From IMG/VR virus record IMGVR_UViG_3300005758_000103, positions 1 through 35,863 of that record: DNA of 35,863 nt. One strand, 5' to 3'. Shown piece by piece: positions 35,238 to 35,863 of the stretch. The notes under the pieces are model-generated. The model was given only the letters and a program-made list of their open reading frames with translations. It ran no database searches and was not told the origin of the DNA. This DNA is from a virus. Its lineage: Duplodnaviria; Caudoviricetes. How positions within the stretch are numbered: position 1 is the stretch's first letter; each line of letters begins with the position of its first letter. The position numbers and the translations under genes are program-made.

Positions 35238-35260
35238 CCGGGCTCCGGCCCGGGTTTTTT
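35238..35260 (+). terminator. tR1-like terminator after cro
   Basis: CCGGGC-tccg-GCCCGG-g-TTTTTT. Confidence 0.75.
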
Positions 35261-35315
35261 ATCGCCGAATTCGCACCTGAAACGCACTGAAACAACAACA
35301 CCGGAGCATTCAGCC

Positions 35316-35681
35316 ATGTCCAGCAAAGCCCAGTACGAACTCAGTTTCGACTCCGGCCTGCGAGAGCAGTACCCCAACTTCCAGCACCTGCTGCAGGCCT
35401 GCGTGGCGGGCTGTGGACGCCCCCACAAGATCGTGGCCGCTGACCTCGACATGACCAGCTCCGAGCTGTCGCGCAAGCTGGCCGACAACCCGAACGACCC
35501 CGTTCACTTCCCTGTCCAGCGCCTCCCGGACCTGATCCGCGCCACGGGCGACGTGCGCCCGATCTACTGGCTGATCGAGGAGTTCCTGGACGACGCCGAC
35601 AGCAAGCGCAAGCGGGCGGTGGACGAGCTCCGCCACCTGCTCCCCCAGCTGCAGCGCCTGGTCGCTGCCACCGGGGCCTGA
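35316..35681 (+). CDS. CII-like phage regulatory protein
   Basis: KIVAADLDMTSSELSRKL HTH; ATGDVRPIYWL; follows cro. Confidence 0.75.
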   Translation: MSSKAQYELSFDSGLREQYPNFQHLLQACVAGCGRPHKIVAADLDMTSSELSRKLADNPNDPVHFPVQRLPDLIRATGDVRPIYWLIEEFLDDADSKRKRAVDELRHLLPQLQRLVAATGA

Positions 35682-35682
35682 C

Positions 35683-35787
35683 ATGAAGGCCGAAATCCTG
35701 TCTCCCCTTTACCTGCTGATCCTCTGCTTCCTGCTGGCTCTGGCGTTCCCGGACCTGTGCAGGTGGGTTGGCTACGTCCCGAAGTAA
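35683..35787 (+). CDS. Small membrane peptide (34 aa)
   Basis: MKAEILSPLYLLILCFLLALAFPDLCRWVGYVPK. Confidence 0.45.
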   Translation: MKAEILSPLYLLILCFLLALAFPDLCRWVGYVPK

Positions 35788-35863
35788 TGCGAGCCCCTAG
35801 CCGGGAGGGCCTCTTCGGAGGAAGCCCGGACTCCGTGAACTGACTGAGCGGGGCATGGGAAAT

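Larger units (their letters stand above)
1..35863. mobile_element. Temperate-type podovirus genome (near complete)
   Basis: Full head, tail, packaging, lysis and immunity modules; no host genes; the two ends fall in the same cII-to-replication operon. Confidence 0.95.

Noticed and set aside
35237-35249. GCCGGGCTCCGGC as a fourth late-promoter copy
   Set aside because: The centre is one base shorter and it is part of the terminator hairpin after cro.
35830-35863. CTGACTGA as a hammerhead ribozyme core
   Set aside because: Does not match CUGANGA spacing, and no properly placed GAAA or cleavage-site stem is visible.
35855-35863. Direct circular join of the window end to nt 1
   Set aside because: ATG 35855 would not be in frame with the initiator frame starting at nt 2, and the N-terminal domain is absent, so sequence is missing between the ends.

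Overview
The window is a near-complete genome of a GC-rich temperate-type podovirus. It is probably circularly permuted, with the break inside the replication-initiator gene. Its virion module resembles the BPP-1/epsilon15/T7-tail lineage. The + strand carries, in order: replication (DnaT-like initiator C-terminus, DnaB), a nin-like region (RusA, DUF1367-like, Ref/HNH), a small HTH protein, portal, scaffold, major capsid, cement, tail tube A/B, a GNAT-fold protein, four internal-virion proteins, terminase, a beta-helix tailspike and a lysis cassette (holin, Amidase_3, atypical spanin-position protein). The - strand carries early genes (NinX-like, Ead-like mosaic, HNH, ASCH-like, long ParB-family protein, ERF annealase). 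A lambdoid switch follows (cI plus lipoprotein / cro / cII-like) with 434-type operators. No integrase, tRNA, CRISPR array or DGR was recognised. Most notable: (1) a spanin-position protein with an N-terminal TM helix and a C-terminal beta-strand block ending in Phe; (2) a three-copy palindrome + N13 + -10-like element before the late operons; (3) tandem covarying RNA stem-loops in the capsid leader; (4) an HNH gene that appears to have replaced the 3' end of its neighbour; (5) an apparent att/int deletion scar. Family assignments come from motif recognition and recall, not from database searches.
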